Source: a virus
Reading direction: 5' to 3' (one strand)
IMG/VR virus record: IMGVR_UViG_640753038_000002
Length of the DNA stretch: 64,000 nucleotides
Position 1 is the stretch's first letter. Each line of letters starts with the position of its first letter. Of the stretch, positions 44,806-53,321 are shown one piece after another. A program made the position numbers and the translations under genes. The notes beneath the pieces were generated by a model, which saw nothing but the letters and a program-made list of their open reading frames with translations, was not told the DNA's origin and did no database searches.

Positions 44806-44962
44806 CCTTCATCAATTCCTTGAGTTCCGCCGCGCGCTGCCGGATTGCGAAAAGGTTTTCGTAAATCGTCTTTTCAGGCAGATGGAGTTCACCGGCTATT
44901 TGAAGTGTGTCCCGACCGTCGAGCCAAAGAAGGGCCGCATGGTCGAAATCGTCGCCGCTCAT
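44753..44962 (-). CDS. Small HTH protein
   Basis: MSGDDF...LWLDGRDTLQIAGELHLPEKTIYENL; ATGA-coupled to the upstream ORF. Confidence 0.55.
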   Translation of the reverse strand: MSGDDFDHAALLWLDGRDTLQIAGELHLPEKTIYENLFAIRQRAAELKELMKDAHPRNPKASSRKIEEI

Positions 44963-45129
44963 ATGGTCAGGACGACAAGGCACGCGACTGCACACGTCAT
45001 GTAATAGGAAGCCTGACCCCACCGCTCTTCGCGGGCGCGTTTGAATGCGGTCAATGCGAAGCAAGTCGCAGCAACCGCAAAAAAGAGGGCCGATAGCAGC
45101 GTTAGCGAAAACGAATATGAGAAGGTCAT
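44959..45129 (-). CDS. Small two-helix membrane protein (56 aa, below the ORF-track cutoff)
   Basis: MTFSYSFSLTLLSALFFAVAATCFALTAFKRAREERWGQASYYMTCAVACLVVLTI; ATGA overlaps at both ends. Confidence 0.55.
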   Translation of the reverse strand: MTFSYSFSLTLLSALFFAVAATCFALTAFKRAREERWGQASYYMTCAVACLVVLTI

Positions 45130-45677
45130 TTCTTCTTACCTCCAAACAGCGGGGATTTTGCGCCGGACGTGCGAAGCTCTGGAACCTTGACGGCGCACAT
45201 GTAGGACCAGATTGCGCAGGCATCACCTTCGTCGTCGTTTTGGACATTCCAGCCGCGCCTATGGCATTCGGCGACGACTTCGCGCTTCGCTGGTTCGCGC
45301 TTGAGATTTCGCTGACCGATAAAGTATCCGCGCACGTCGTTCGTCGCCGCTTCTTGGACGTCATAGACGCCCATACGATAGGCGACGCCTTGCATTACCG
45401 CTGGAAGGCCGAAGAGGACTTCGATTGTTTCACGCGTCGCCCTGCCAGAGCGAAGGCGGAAGAGTTCGGGCGCTTCGAATACGATGGTGCGCGGCTTAAA
45501 CGCTTGCAGACGCGTTCCAATGAAACCGATCATGCCGCCGAATACGGCGGCTTGACTTGAACCATCAGGAGCAAGGCGAAGGCTTCCAAAGCGTGGTTCG
45601 CTGCCCGGCTCACCTTCGCACCAACCGAGATTAGTAGCGATATCGAGCGCAAGGATCGTTCCTTTGAAGCCGGTCAT
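45126..45677 (-). CDS. RuvC-like Holliday junction resolvase
   Basis: ILALDIATNLGW...IVFEAP...NDDEGDACAIW catalytic acidic residues. Confidence 0.8.
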   Translation of the reverse strand: MTGFKGTILALDIATNLGWCEGEPGSEPRFGSLRLAPDGSSQAAVFGGMIGFIGTRLQAFKPRTIVFEAPELFRLRSGRATRETIEVLFGLPAVMQGVAYRMGVYDVQEAATNDVRGYFIGQRNLKREPAKREVVAECHRRGWNVQNDDEGDACAIWSYMCAVKVPELRTSGAKSPLFGGKKK

Positions 45678-46405
45678 TTCGACACCGCGCTTTCCAGCGC
45701 TTCAATCTGGCGAACGATATCGCCATGGCAGGCAAGAAGCGGTTTCGTCTTCTTTTCAAGAAGGTCAGCCCGTGCGCGCATAAGGGCAGCTTCTTCGCGC
45801 GACGATTTGACGAGTTCAGCAATTTCGTCGCGAAGCTTTATCGCTTCTGCGAGCGCTGTCTTGATCGCTTCGTCGCTGCGCTCCGGCCCGAAATTGGCAT
45901 CGCGCATAACTTCGACCCACTTACGCGGGACACCCAAATCGTCGGCGACGCGCTGGTCGCTCCAATCACTGGAATAGCCGGTGCGGTGGTCAAGATAGAC
46001 CTCTTCCAACTTGGCGAAGATTATACGCTTCTCTTCAAAAGTCGGCTGGCTTGGCGGCTCAGCGCCATTGACTGAAACGGTAGGTTCAACAACTGGCATT
46101 GCTTCGGTGTCCGGGGAGTTTGATGGGATCGTTTCAACGGCTTCGGCGGTGAAGCCGCCGGAGCCTCTTCGGCGCTTGGCCGAATAGCAGGTCGGGCAAA
46201 GGTCGCGATTACGGCGTGATCCAACAAGCCAACCGGCGCGCTTCCAGCCTTTAAGGAGGTCGTCAATATTCCGTGTTCCGCTGATCGTGTTCGCCGATAC
46301 GTCCGAATATGCCGGACATTGGGAACACTGAATTCTATGAACGCGTCGGCGACCACCTTCCGCCTGAATGGAAATCGGCGGGAAAATGCGTTCCTTCGGA
46401 TGCAT
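45674..46405 (-). CDS. Zn-finger plus HTH hypothetical protein
   Basis: CSQC and CPTC pairs; WSDQRVADDLGVPRKWV HTH; C-terminal coiled coil. Confidence 0.6.
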   Translation of the reverse strand: MHPKERIFPPISIQAEGGRRRVHRIQCSQCPAYSDVSANTISGTRNIDDLLKGWKRAGWLVGSRRNRDLCPTCYSAKRRRGSGGFTAEAVETIPSNSPDTEAMPVVEPTVSVNGAEPPSQPTFEEKRIIFAKLEEVYLDHRTGYSSDWSDQRVADDLGVPRKWVEVMRDANFGPERSDEAIKTALAEAIKLRDEIAELVKSSREEAALMRARADLLEKKTKPLLACHGDIVRQIEALESAVSK

Positions 46406-46665
46406 CAGCTTTCCGCTTCGTGAAGTTCCATATGCAGGGGCGTAATGGTGATGATGGCATTCAAGCCGACGATGACGTCTTCGCGGGAAATAATCTGCCT
46501 GGAATGCGGGCCTGTTGCGGTCGTCGTCAGCCGAGTGCAGATAAGCGAGCCGTCTTCGGAAATGCGCTCATGAAGATCATCAAGGGTTTCTTCCGGTACT
46601 TCGACCGTGAACCAGACAAAGCCGGACTTGCTAGGGATCGTTGTCGTCAGAGCAAAGTATGCCAT
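46405..46665 (-). CDS. Hypothetical protein
   Basis: 86 aa, coupled to the downstream gene. Confidence 0.6.
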   Translation of the reverse strand: MAYFALTTTIPSKSGFVWFTVEVPEETLDDLHERISEDGSLICTRLTTTATGPHSRQIISREDVIVGLNAIITITPLHMELHEAES

Positions 46666-46740
46666 GGGGGAGGTTCCCTTTCGGGGAGAGTAAGCAACAA
46701 AAAGGGGAGGCGGCGCGCTAATCGCGCGCCGATTGGTGGC

Positions 46741-47139
46741 TTAGTGAACCAGTTCGGCGATAACGGCGTCGGTCTTGCCTTTGCCGTCGTTTCCATCGGC
46801 TTCGGCCACGATGGCGCGCATCAATTCGATAAGATCGCTAAAGGCGTCGAGTTGCGCGAAGAAGCCAAGCTTGCTCCAATACTCGATGCTTGACCGAATG
46901 ATCGCCTGCCGTTTGCCATCTTCCATGTCGCTAAGGCGACGGGAGAAGGTAAGGGCGTTCTTTTCAAGGCCGTACTGTTCAACGGCGTTCTGCGTTGCCT
47001 TGCCCGCAAGGCCAGCGTATTCCGACGCGTGTTTCTTCTGCCGACCAATTTCGGCGATTACCCGCTTCAAGTCTTCGGGCGCGACACCGCCTTTTGCGGC
47101 GGTCGCCGAAGCGGTATCCATTTTCGCTTTCTTTGCCAT
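46741..47139 (-). CDS. GapR/DUF2312-like nucleoid-associated protein (distant)
   Basis: VAPEDLKRVIAEI.R.K...A...GLEKNAL...RL..M pattern. Confidence 0.45.
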   Translation of the reverse strand: MAKKAKMDTASATAAKGGVAPEDLKRVIAEIGRQKKHASEYAGLAGKATQNAVEQYGLEKNALTFSRRLSDMEDGKRQAIIRSSIEYWSKLGFFAQLDAFSDLIELMRAIVAEADGNDGKGKTDAVIAELVH

Positions 47140-47174
47140 TGGCTTGTTTCCAACTTGGATAGATTAACCGGGGA

Positions 47175-47492
47175 TCATTCTGCCGCGTTGGCCTGCGTGG
47201 GTTTCTTTGGAGCGTGGGAACGGATACGAACTTGCGACCGACTAAAGCGCGGAACGCCTTCCGGCCACGGAAGATCGTCCGGCCAGACGTCGGATAGGCC
47301 AGACAACGCCCAATCAAAGGAATGGGAAGAAAAACTACTCTCTCCAAGTTTGAGGCTTTCAAGCAAAGTCGGCTTTGCACCGCACACGCGGCTAACTACG
47401 ACCCGTTCCGGCAAGCCGGTGTGCGCGATGAAAAGCTCAAGCAGGTTGATGAGCCATCCGCGCATTTGCGGCTCAAGGGGGGCGCTAATCAT
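47175..47492 (-). CDS. Cro-like regulator
   Basis: Divergent from the repressor; L..L...F...TGL....S......L..G.S.S...FD....LSD.WP.DLPWP..VPR pattern. Confidence 0.65.
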   Translation of the reverse strand: MISAPLEPQMRGWLINLLELFIAHTGLPERVVVSRVCGAKPTLLESLKLGESSFSSHSFDWALSGLSDVWPDDLPWPEGVPRFSRSQVRIRSHAPKKPTQANAAE

Positions 47493-47500
47493 AGGAAATC

Positions 47501-47553
47501 TCCAACGATCCAAATCAAATCGGTTGGACTGTACCTAAATTTCGATTGGAAAA
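47501..47553. promoter_or_regulatory. Immunity-region operators: TCCAAC-N16-GTTGGA plus ATTGGAAAA
   Basis: 47501-47528 and 47545-47553, between the divergent cro-like and cI-like genes. Confidence 0.55.
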
Positions 47554-47626
47554 GTCAATAGCCATTCTGAAAAAAGTAGGTTATAAGTTTTCTACCGTTT
47601 TAATCGGCTGAAGGAACACAGTTGCA

Positions 47627-48319
47627 ATGTCTTCAAATGATAGTCTTCGTTCGCGTATTGAAGAGCGTGTAAATACCCTTGGTATATCGCCGATTACGCT
47701 AGCAAAATCCGCTGGCTTAGAGCGGGGATACATTAATGATCTTTTAATAGGCAGAAAGAAGTCTATACGTGGCGACAAGCTAAATATTGTTGCTAAGGCT
47801 CTTCAATGCGACCCGGAATATTTACTATTAGAACAAGATGAAGTTCGAAAACACAAGGTGATTGAAAAGATAGAGTTTGGTGGCGTTTGTGAGGCTGGCG
47901 TATGGCGTTCCGCTAGTCTTTCCAATCAGAATAGCGGAAAATCCGTTCCAATCGAACCTGATCCGCGATTTCCTCATCTTCGGAATATTGCTTTCGATGT
48001 TCGCGGCAACAGCTTTGCCGCAGAGGGAATTAGCGATGGAATGACGGTTGCTGGTATTGCCTTAGATGAGTGGACGCAAACTATAGGCCCACTAAGCACA
48101 GGAATGATTGTCGTCGCACACGCAAATCGTGCTGATGGAAGCGAGTTTGAACTAAGCCTTCGCCGCGTTAGCGTTAAGCCAAACGGCATTAGCCTTTCGG
48201 TTCGTCCAACCGACCCAACGCTTGAATTTCCGTCAATCGACGTCGGTAACGATGTGAAAATCGTTGCCGTAATCACTCGCGCAGTTCGGCTTTTCCTTGA
48301 CGTCGAAGCTCCGCTTTAA
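47627..48319 (+). CDS. CI-like repressor (XRE HTH plus degenerate S24 domain)
   Basis: ISPITLAKSAGLERGYINDLLIGRKK HTH; EAGVW Ala-Gly site; VRGNSF Ser; LSLRRV where KR is expected. Confidence 0.85.
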   Translation: MSSNDSLRSRIEERVNTLGISPITLAKSAGLERGYINDLLIGRKKSIRGDKLNIVAKALQCDPEYLLLEQDEVRKHKVIEKIEFGGVCEAGVWRSASLSNQNSGKSVPIEPDPRFPHLRNIAFDVRGNSFAAEGISDGMTVAGIALDEWTQTIGPLSTGMIVVAHANRADGSEFELSLRRVSVKPNGISLSVRPTDPTLEFPSIDVGNDVKIVAVITRAVRLFLDVEAPL

Positions 48320-48334
48320 GCTAGTTCGCCAAGC

Positions 48335-48378
48335 TTGCGCGTAGCGCGCTTTTGCGCGCTTACGCGCGTTTTATATAA
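48335..48378 (+). terminator. Probable repressor-gene terminator
   Basis: GCGCGTAGCGCGC-TTTT-GCGCGCTTACGCGC hairpin followed by GTTTTATAT. Confidence 0.6.
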
Positions 48379-48408
48379 TCTTATCAAACATATAAGCTTG
48401 ATATATAC

Positions 48409-48430
48409 GGATACGGCTATAGCCGTATCC
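48409..48430. repeat. Perfect 22-bp palindrome GGATACGGCTATAGCCGTATCC flanked by (AT)n tracts
   Basis: Read directly; lies inside an AT-rich intergenic island. Confidence 0.85.
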
Positions 48431-48501
48431 TAGATATATATATTTAAAATTATAACTACTACGCGCGCGAGCGAAGGGATCGTTAACCATCCGGTCCAGA
48501 A

Positions 48502-48571
48502 GTTGGAAAAAAGTTGGAAAAGTAAAAAAATCTTAAAAATTTCCAACTACGGGGTTGCAAACGGTTGGAAA
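48502..48571. promoter_or_regulatory. Operator array: GTTGGAAA at 48502, 48513 and 48564; TTTCCAAC at 48540
   Basis: Includes a second TCCAAC-N16-GTTGGA (48542-48569), upstream of the rightward early operon. Confidence 0.6.
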
Positions 48572-48623
48572 GCAGCGCAAGTATTCTCTCACGACGGCAA
48601 CGAACCGTCAGTTGGAGAATTGA

Positions 48624-49835
48624 TTGATGGACGCTATTACGACGGTCGAAGCTCGCGCGACCAATACCGCGAACAACTCCTTCAAAGTTGGAAATCTCGA
48701 CAAGGGCGAGGTCCGCACGGACCTGCAAAAGCAGTGGATCGCACGTCCGCATGACCAGCGTTTTCTATCTCTTACCGACCTGCATACGTCGGTTAAGGCC
48801 CGCGCGGATCGCACGACGGAAATTCGTATCGATACCAGCAAGATTGAATTTGTTGCCCCCGAACCGAAGACCAAAGAAGACCTTTCGCGCCTGTCGCTTG
48901 GCCTTCCAACTGGCGAAACCGTCGCCCCGACGCATTGGTCGTTCGGTCAACTCGCCTCGCTGGCTCAGGCCCCGGCGGGCTACCTTCGCAAGCTTCCGTC
49001 GCAGATTGTTGCCGACGCGTTGACCTACGGCTTGCGCTACAATCGTAGCAACGAAGCTGTGAAGCTCTATGACACCACGGACGAGTTGCTTGCCGCTACA
49101 GGCCCGGATTATGGCCGTATCTATGACGCGGAAGTCGTTGAAGCCGTGCAGCAAATTGCCGGAAACGGTACGGGCGATTTCCGTTGGAAAGTTCCGGGTG
49201 TCCTTGACTGGAACACGATGCGCTACAACCCGGAAAGCCCGGTAACGCTCGACACTACGACGCTTTACGCAAGCGACCGCGACGTCTTTATTTTCTTGGT
49301 CGATGATCGCAACCCAATTGAAATCGGCAAGCTGCCAAGCGGCGACCCCGATCTTGTTTTCCGTGGTTTCTATATCACGAATTCGGAAGTCGGCTCTTCG
49401 GCCTTGAAGGTCGCTGCGTTTTACCTTCGCGCGGTATGCTGCAATCGCCTTATGTGGGGCGTCGAAGGCTTCCAAGAAATTTCTATGCGCCATAGCAAGT
49501 ACGCGCCGAGCCGATTTATCGAAGAAGCTCGTCCGGCTCTGGAAGGCTTCGCGGATGGGTCAACGCAACGCCTTTTGGATGGCGTCAAAAAAGCGCGTGC
49601 TACTAAAGTCGCCTCTAATGACGAAGAAATGATCGAATTTCTTCGCGGACGGAAATTCTCGCAAAAACAAGCGATTACGATCCTTGAGTATGTCGAAAAG
49701 GAAGAAGGCGCGCCCGCACGCACGATTTGGGACGTCGCGCAGGGAATTTCCGCTTCGGCTCGTAACATTCCGCATACCGATGACCGTGTTGAGTTCGAAC
49801 GGGAGGCACGCCGCCTTTTAGATCAGGTGGCGTAA
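48624..49835 (+). CDS. DUF932-like protein
   Basis: RP.D.RF.SL..L...PTHWSFGQL...APAGYLR.LP...LYASDRDVF.FLVD...RGF...NSEVG...R.VC.NR..WG. Confidence 0.8.
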   Translation: MMDAITTVEARATNTANNSFKVGNLDKGEVRTDLQKQWIARPHDQRFLSLTDLHTSVKARADRTTEIRIDTSKIEFVAPEPKTKEDLSRLSLGLPTGETVAPTHWSFGQLASLAQAPAGYLRKLPSQIVADALTYGLRYNRSNEAVKLYDTTDELLAATGPDYGRIYDAEVVEAVQQIAGNGTGDFRWKVPGVLDWNTMRYNPESPVTLDTTTLYASDRDVFIFLVDDRNPIEIGKLPSGDPDLVFRGFYITNSEVGSSALKVAAFYLRAVCCNRLMWGVEGFQEISMRHSKYAPSRFIEEARPALEGFADGSTQRLLDGVKKARATKVASNDEEMIEFLRGRKFSQKQAITILEYVEKEEGAPARTIWDVAQGISASARNIPHTDDRVEFEREARRLLDQVA

Positions 49836-49901
49836 CGGGCGATTGCGCGGCTTGGGGGCCGCGCGCCTCTCTTCAATTCTACATATCGAAGGTAAGGCAA
49901 C

Positions 49902-50162
49902 ATGACCCTTGAATTTATTGCACCTGACGCAAAGCTTGTAGCGTATCAGCGCATTACCGCTATCCAGAATATGGCTGACGTTCTCATTCAAAAGGGAACA
50001 TCGCTGGACGATCAATCGGAAGTATTGAGCGCGCTCGCCGCCGCCGATTTTGACCCCCGACTTATTTCGGCTCTTCACGAAGAAGCGACGGACGCCGCTA
50101 AGGCGACCATATCCAACACAAAAACACTGCCCTGCTCGGCGGAGCCGGGAGGCGGAACGTGA
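49902..50162 (+). CDS. Hypothetical protein
   Basis: 86 aa, AAGG RBS. Confidence 0.6.
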   Translation: MTLEFIAPDAKLVAYQRITAIQNMADVLIQKGTSLDDQSEVLSALAAADFDPRLISALHEEATDAAKATISNTKTLPCSAEPGGGT

Positions 50163-50392
50163 GCGACCAAAGATACGGCTATTTCCGGTCTGAAAGGCCG
50201 GACGCACTCAAGAAGATCACGCGGCAAATAATCCTCATGCCGCGATGGGGAAGCAAGACGATCATCGTCAAAGAGCAAGCCATTCTTCTTCCGCGCGTAT
50301 CCATTCTCGAAAGCGACGGCGGCTTCGGCGAAGACAACGGACCTTCGCCAAGCTTCCAAGGGAGCGGCAGAAATGAACCTTCAAATTCATAG
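50159..50392 (+). CDS. Hypothetical protein
   Basis: GTGA-coupled 77-aa ORF. Confidence 0.5.
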   Translation: MSDQRYGYFRSERPDALKKITRQIILMPRWGSKTIIVKEQAILLPRVSILESDGGFGEDNGPSPSFQGSGRNEPSNS

Positions 50393-50576
50393 CGATTTTG
50401 CAGCGGTTCAAACCCAAATCGCACGATCCGCAGACGCGGTTATGGCGATCCCAACAGGCAGCGAAAGCGGCACCGTAGCGTGCCCAACCTGCCGCCGTCC
50501 TCTTCACTACGCATACACGGCAAAGGGCCGTCTCAAGGCCCATTGCGAAACACCCTATTGCACAAGTGTCTCCTAA
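50373..50576 (+). CDS. Small Zn-finger protein
   Basis: CPTC...HCETPYC. Confidence 0.6.
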   Translation: MNLQIHSDFAAVQTQIARSADAVMAIPTGSESGTVACPTCRRPLHYAYTAKGRLKAHCETPYCTSVS

Positions 50577-50645
50577 CGCGGGTGGGCTTGCTGCGAACAC
50601 CGAGCGGGGGCGGAACCCCCGTATCTTCAAAAGGAAACTCTTCGC

Positions 50646-52211
50646 ATGAACGCTTTGACGAACATTACCGCCGCACCGACCGCTGAAAAGGTCGATTGGA
50701 CCCGCATTGATACGCAGGTCAAGCATGAGGGCAAGGAAATCAAGCTTCCCGCCGAGCCGGGCAAGATGGATTACGACGAAGCAATCAATACGATTGCGCG
50801 CGTTCGCGATGAAGAAAATCAAGAATTCGACGTGCACGAAATCGTCAAGGGCGCACCTTGGGATACGCTAGTCGCAGTTTACCGCGCGATGCAGGAAATT
50901 TACGGCGTGGTGATTTCCGAAGGCATCAAGACGTTTTTCGGCGAAATCAAGCCGGATTTCGTCACCGTTCACACGGGGCCGGGTAATGATGATCGCATTC
51001 AGGTTCCTATGGGCGCGATGGGTCTTCCGGGCGTAAGCAAGCACGTCTTTATTAAAATGTTTAGCGGCGGCACCGTCATTCAGGGAACAGTGCGCAAGTG
51101 CGACCGTGCCCGTTTGGTTGAAATCGCTAATAAGGCGCGCGAAATCATCCGTTCGGCTTCGGTTTACAAGGGCAAGGCTATTCGCCTGAACGTCGATAGC
51201 GATGGCGACCTTGAGCTTGATGCGCAGCCTGAATTTCTTGATCTGGCGCGGGTCAACGAAACTGACATGATCCACACCAAGGAAACCGGCGCGCTTATCC
51301 GCACGAATATACTCGCGCCGCTCAAGTTTACTCAGGAATGCCGAAACAAGCGCATTCCGCTCAAGCGCGGTATCCTGTTGGAAGGCAAGTACGGCACGGG
51401 CAAGTCGCTGACCTCGCGTGTTACTGCCAAGGTTGCGACGGATAACGGTTGGACGTTTATCATGCTCAATCGTTCGCAGGGCTTGAAAGCGGCTATCGAA
51501 TTCGCCCGGACCTATCAGCCTTGCGTCATCTTTGCGGAAGATATCGACCGCGCGGCGGATCGCGACGACGAAGATGTTAACGACCTCGTTAACCTGCTCG
51601 ACGGCCTGATTTCGAAGGAAATGGAAATGATGGTCGTCTTGACGACCAATCACATCGAAAAAATCGACCGCGCTTTGCTTCGCCCCGGTCGCTTCGACGC
51701 CGTTATTTCTATCGATGCGCCGGACGCCGAAACCGCTGAACGCATCATCCGAACCTACGCAGGTAATCTGCTCGACGTGAACGCCGATCTTTCGCCGGTG
51801 GGCGACGTAACGGCAGGCATGATCCCGGCTTCGATCCGCGAAGTTGTCGAACGCGCCAAGCTTTCGATGCTTACGGAAGGCCGCGTCAATCTGACGGCTG
51901 ATGACCTCTATATCAGCGCCGTCGGTATGAAGCGCCACGTCGCACTTCTTGAGCCGAAAAAGGATGAAAAGACCCATGCGGAAATGTTCGCGGAAGGTCT
52001 GATCGGATTGCTCGGCGACGGATTGGCGGTGGACGTCAATGCTGCTTCGCCGGAGGACGTTCTTGACGCCCGTAACAAGGTTATCAAGCGTCTTGTCGGT
52101 CAGGAAAACCAGCTTGCGGAAATCGGCAATACGACCAAGGGCGGCGCTCACGCCGCAACAATCGCGGCTGAAACCGGGCTTCGCATCTTGAAGCAGGTCG
52201 GCGGCGAATAA
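50646..52211 (+). CDS. AAA+ ATPase (FtsH/Cdc48-type module)
   Basis: GILLEGKYGTGKS Walker A, IFAEDID Walker B, TTNH.EKIDRALLRPGRFD second region of homology. Confidence 0.9.
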   Translation: MNALTNITAAPTAEKVDWTRIDTQVKHEGKEIKLPAEPGKMDYDEAINTIARVRDEENQEFDVHEIVKGAPWDTLVAVYRAMQEIYGVVISEGIKTFFGEIKPDFVTVHTGPGNDDRIQVPMGAMGLPGVSKHVFIKMFSGGTVIQGTVRKCDRARLVEIANKAREIIRSASVYKGKAIRLNVDSDGDLELDAQPEFLDLARVNETDMIHTKETGALIRTNILAPLKFTQECRNKRIPLKRGILLEGKYGTGKSLTSRVTAKVATDNGWTFIMLNRSQGLKAAIEFARTYQPCVIFAEDIDRAADRDDEDVNDLVNLLDGLISKEMEMMVVLTTNHIEKIDRALLRPGRFDAVISIDAPDAETAERIIRTYAGNLLDVNADLSPVGDVTAGMIPASIREVVERAKLSMLTEGRVNLTADDLYISAVGMKRHVALLEPKKDEKTHAEMFAEGLIGLLGDGLAVDVNAASPEDVLDARNKVIKRLVGQENQLAEIGNTTKGGAHAATIAAETGLRILKQVGGE

Positions 52212-52288
52212 GCCTAAGTCGGTAACGATAGGCGGCGCGCTGGTCGCGCCGCCAACCATCCCCAAAAACCCAATTGGAGCGCTCCCCC

Positions 52289-52429
52289 ATGTGGATCGCA
52301 GTCGTCAACAATTTGCCGACGCTCATCCTTGGCACGTTCTGGTCAATCGGCCTTTTCGCTGCCGGATGGTTTCTCGGCGCTCGGTTCGCCCGCTGGCGGA
52401 TTAACCGGGAAACAAAGTCGCGAGGCTAA
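52289..52429 (+). CDS. Small single-pass membrane protein (46 aa)
   Basis: MWIAVVNNLPTLILGTFWSIGLFAAGWFLGARFARWR...; GGAG RBS. Confidence 0.55.
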   Translation: MWIAVVNNLPTLILGTFWSIGLFAAGWFLGARFARWRINRETKSRG

Positions 52430-52430
52430 A

Positions 52431-53321
52431 ATGAATATCAAGAAGCTTTCCTTTGCTATCGCCGCCGTCCTTCTAAGCGCGGCAGGGGCACACGCTGAAC
52501 CGAAAGTCGTCAATCTCTGCACCGGCACCGATGGCGGTCCCTATGCCGTAGCCGGAAAGATGATTGCCGATATGGCGAAGGGCGATCCCAATGTCCGCGT
52601 TAACGTCATCGTTGATACCGGCGGGACGTGGGCCAATATCCAAAAGACGGTTCTCGGCGACGAATGCGACGCCATGATCGGCCAGCCGGACGGTGCGGCA
52701 TATCTCAAGCGCCAGAACCCCGGCGCGGCTGGTAGCCTCAAGCCAGTCGCCGACTTGCACCGCGAATACCTCCATGCGCTTTGCTCGAAAGATAGCGGCG
52801 TGTCCGATATCGGCGACCTTGAAAGCGATCCAAAGGGCCACGGCTATTCTATCGCTCTTGGCGATCAAGGTTCGGGCGCGTGGCTTATCTGGCAGAACTT
52901 CGTCGCCGAGGATAGCGATTACGGCGAAGTGCCAGTCAAGACCGAAGGCGACGTTATCGCGCTTGCTGCCGTTGCTTCGAACGAAACGACTTGCGTTCTC
53001 CAACCGGCGGCAATCGGCAATAGCCTTATTCGGCAGGCCGACGAACAATTCGGCGACGGCCTTACGCTTGTCGGTGTCAACGACCGTGATTTCGATAACG
53101 CGACCGATCCGCAGGGCAAGCCGCTTTACACCTACGCGAAAATCCCAAGCGGCACCTATCCGAAGAGCCTGCAAGGCTGGTTTTCCGGCAAGTCAACGCT
53201 GACTTGGTTCGCGAAAGTCTACGTCAATAGCGACCGCTTCACCGACAAGAAGAGCCTGTCGGCATTTATCACCGCCGTATCGCGCGCCAAGCCCGCAATT
53301 CAAGCGCAGTACGGAAAGTAG
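52431..53321 (+). CDS. TAXI-family TRAP solute-binding protein-like exported protein
   Basis: Signal peptide (KKLSFAIAAVLLSAAGAHA); TG..GG.Y...G, T.G...N, LHREYLH, S...DL, GSG motifs. Confidence 0.75.
   Translation: MNIKKLSFAIAAVLLSAAGAHAEPKVVNLCTGTDGGPYAVAGKMIADMAKGDPNVRVNVIVDTGGTWANIQKTVLGDECDAMIGQPDGAAYLKRQNPGAAGSLKPVADLHREYLHALCSKDSGVSDIGDLESDPKGHGYSIALGDQGSGAWLIWQNFVAEDSDYGEVPVKTEGDVIALAAVASNETTCVLQPAAIGNSLIRQADEQFGDGLTLVGVNDRDFDNATDPQGKPLYTYAKIPSGTYPKSLQGWFSGKSTLTWFAKVYVNSDRFTDKKSLSAFITAVSRAKPAIQAQYGK

Noticed and set aside
44753-45364. 203-aa ORF as one gene
   Set aside because: Its 5' part overlaps the RuvC-like gene; better explained by a 56-aa membrane ORF (44959-45129) followed by an HTH ORF starting at 44962
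50646-52211. AAA+ ATPase as an anti-phage defence system
   Set aside because: Classic FtsH/Cdc48-type module in the early operon with no nuclease or effector partner; no support for a defence call
50868-52265. 465-aa minus-strand ORF (also 56310-57602, 60325-61734, 3079-3750, 11053-11751, 41682-42398)
   Set aside because: Each lies antisense to a well-supported gene and lacks recognisable features
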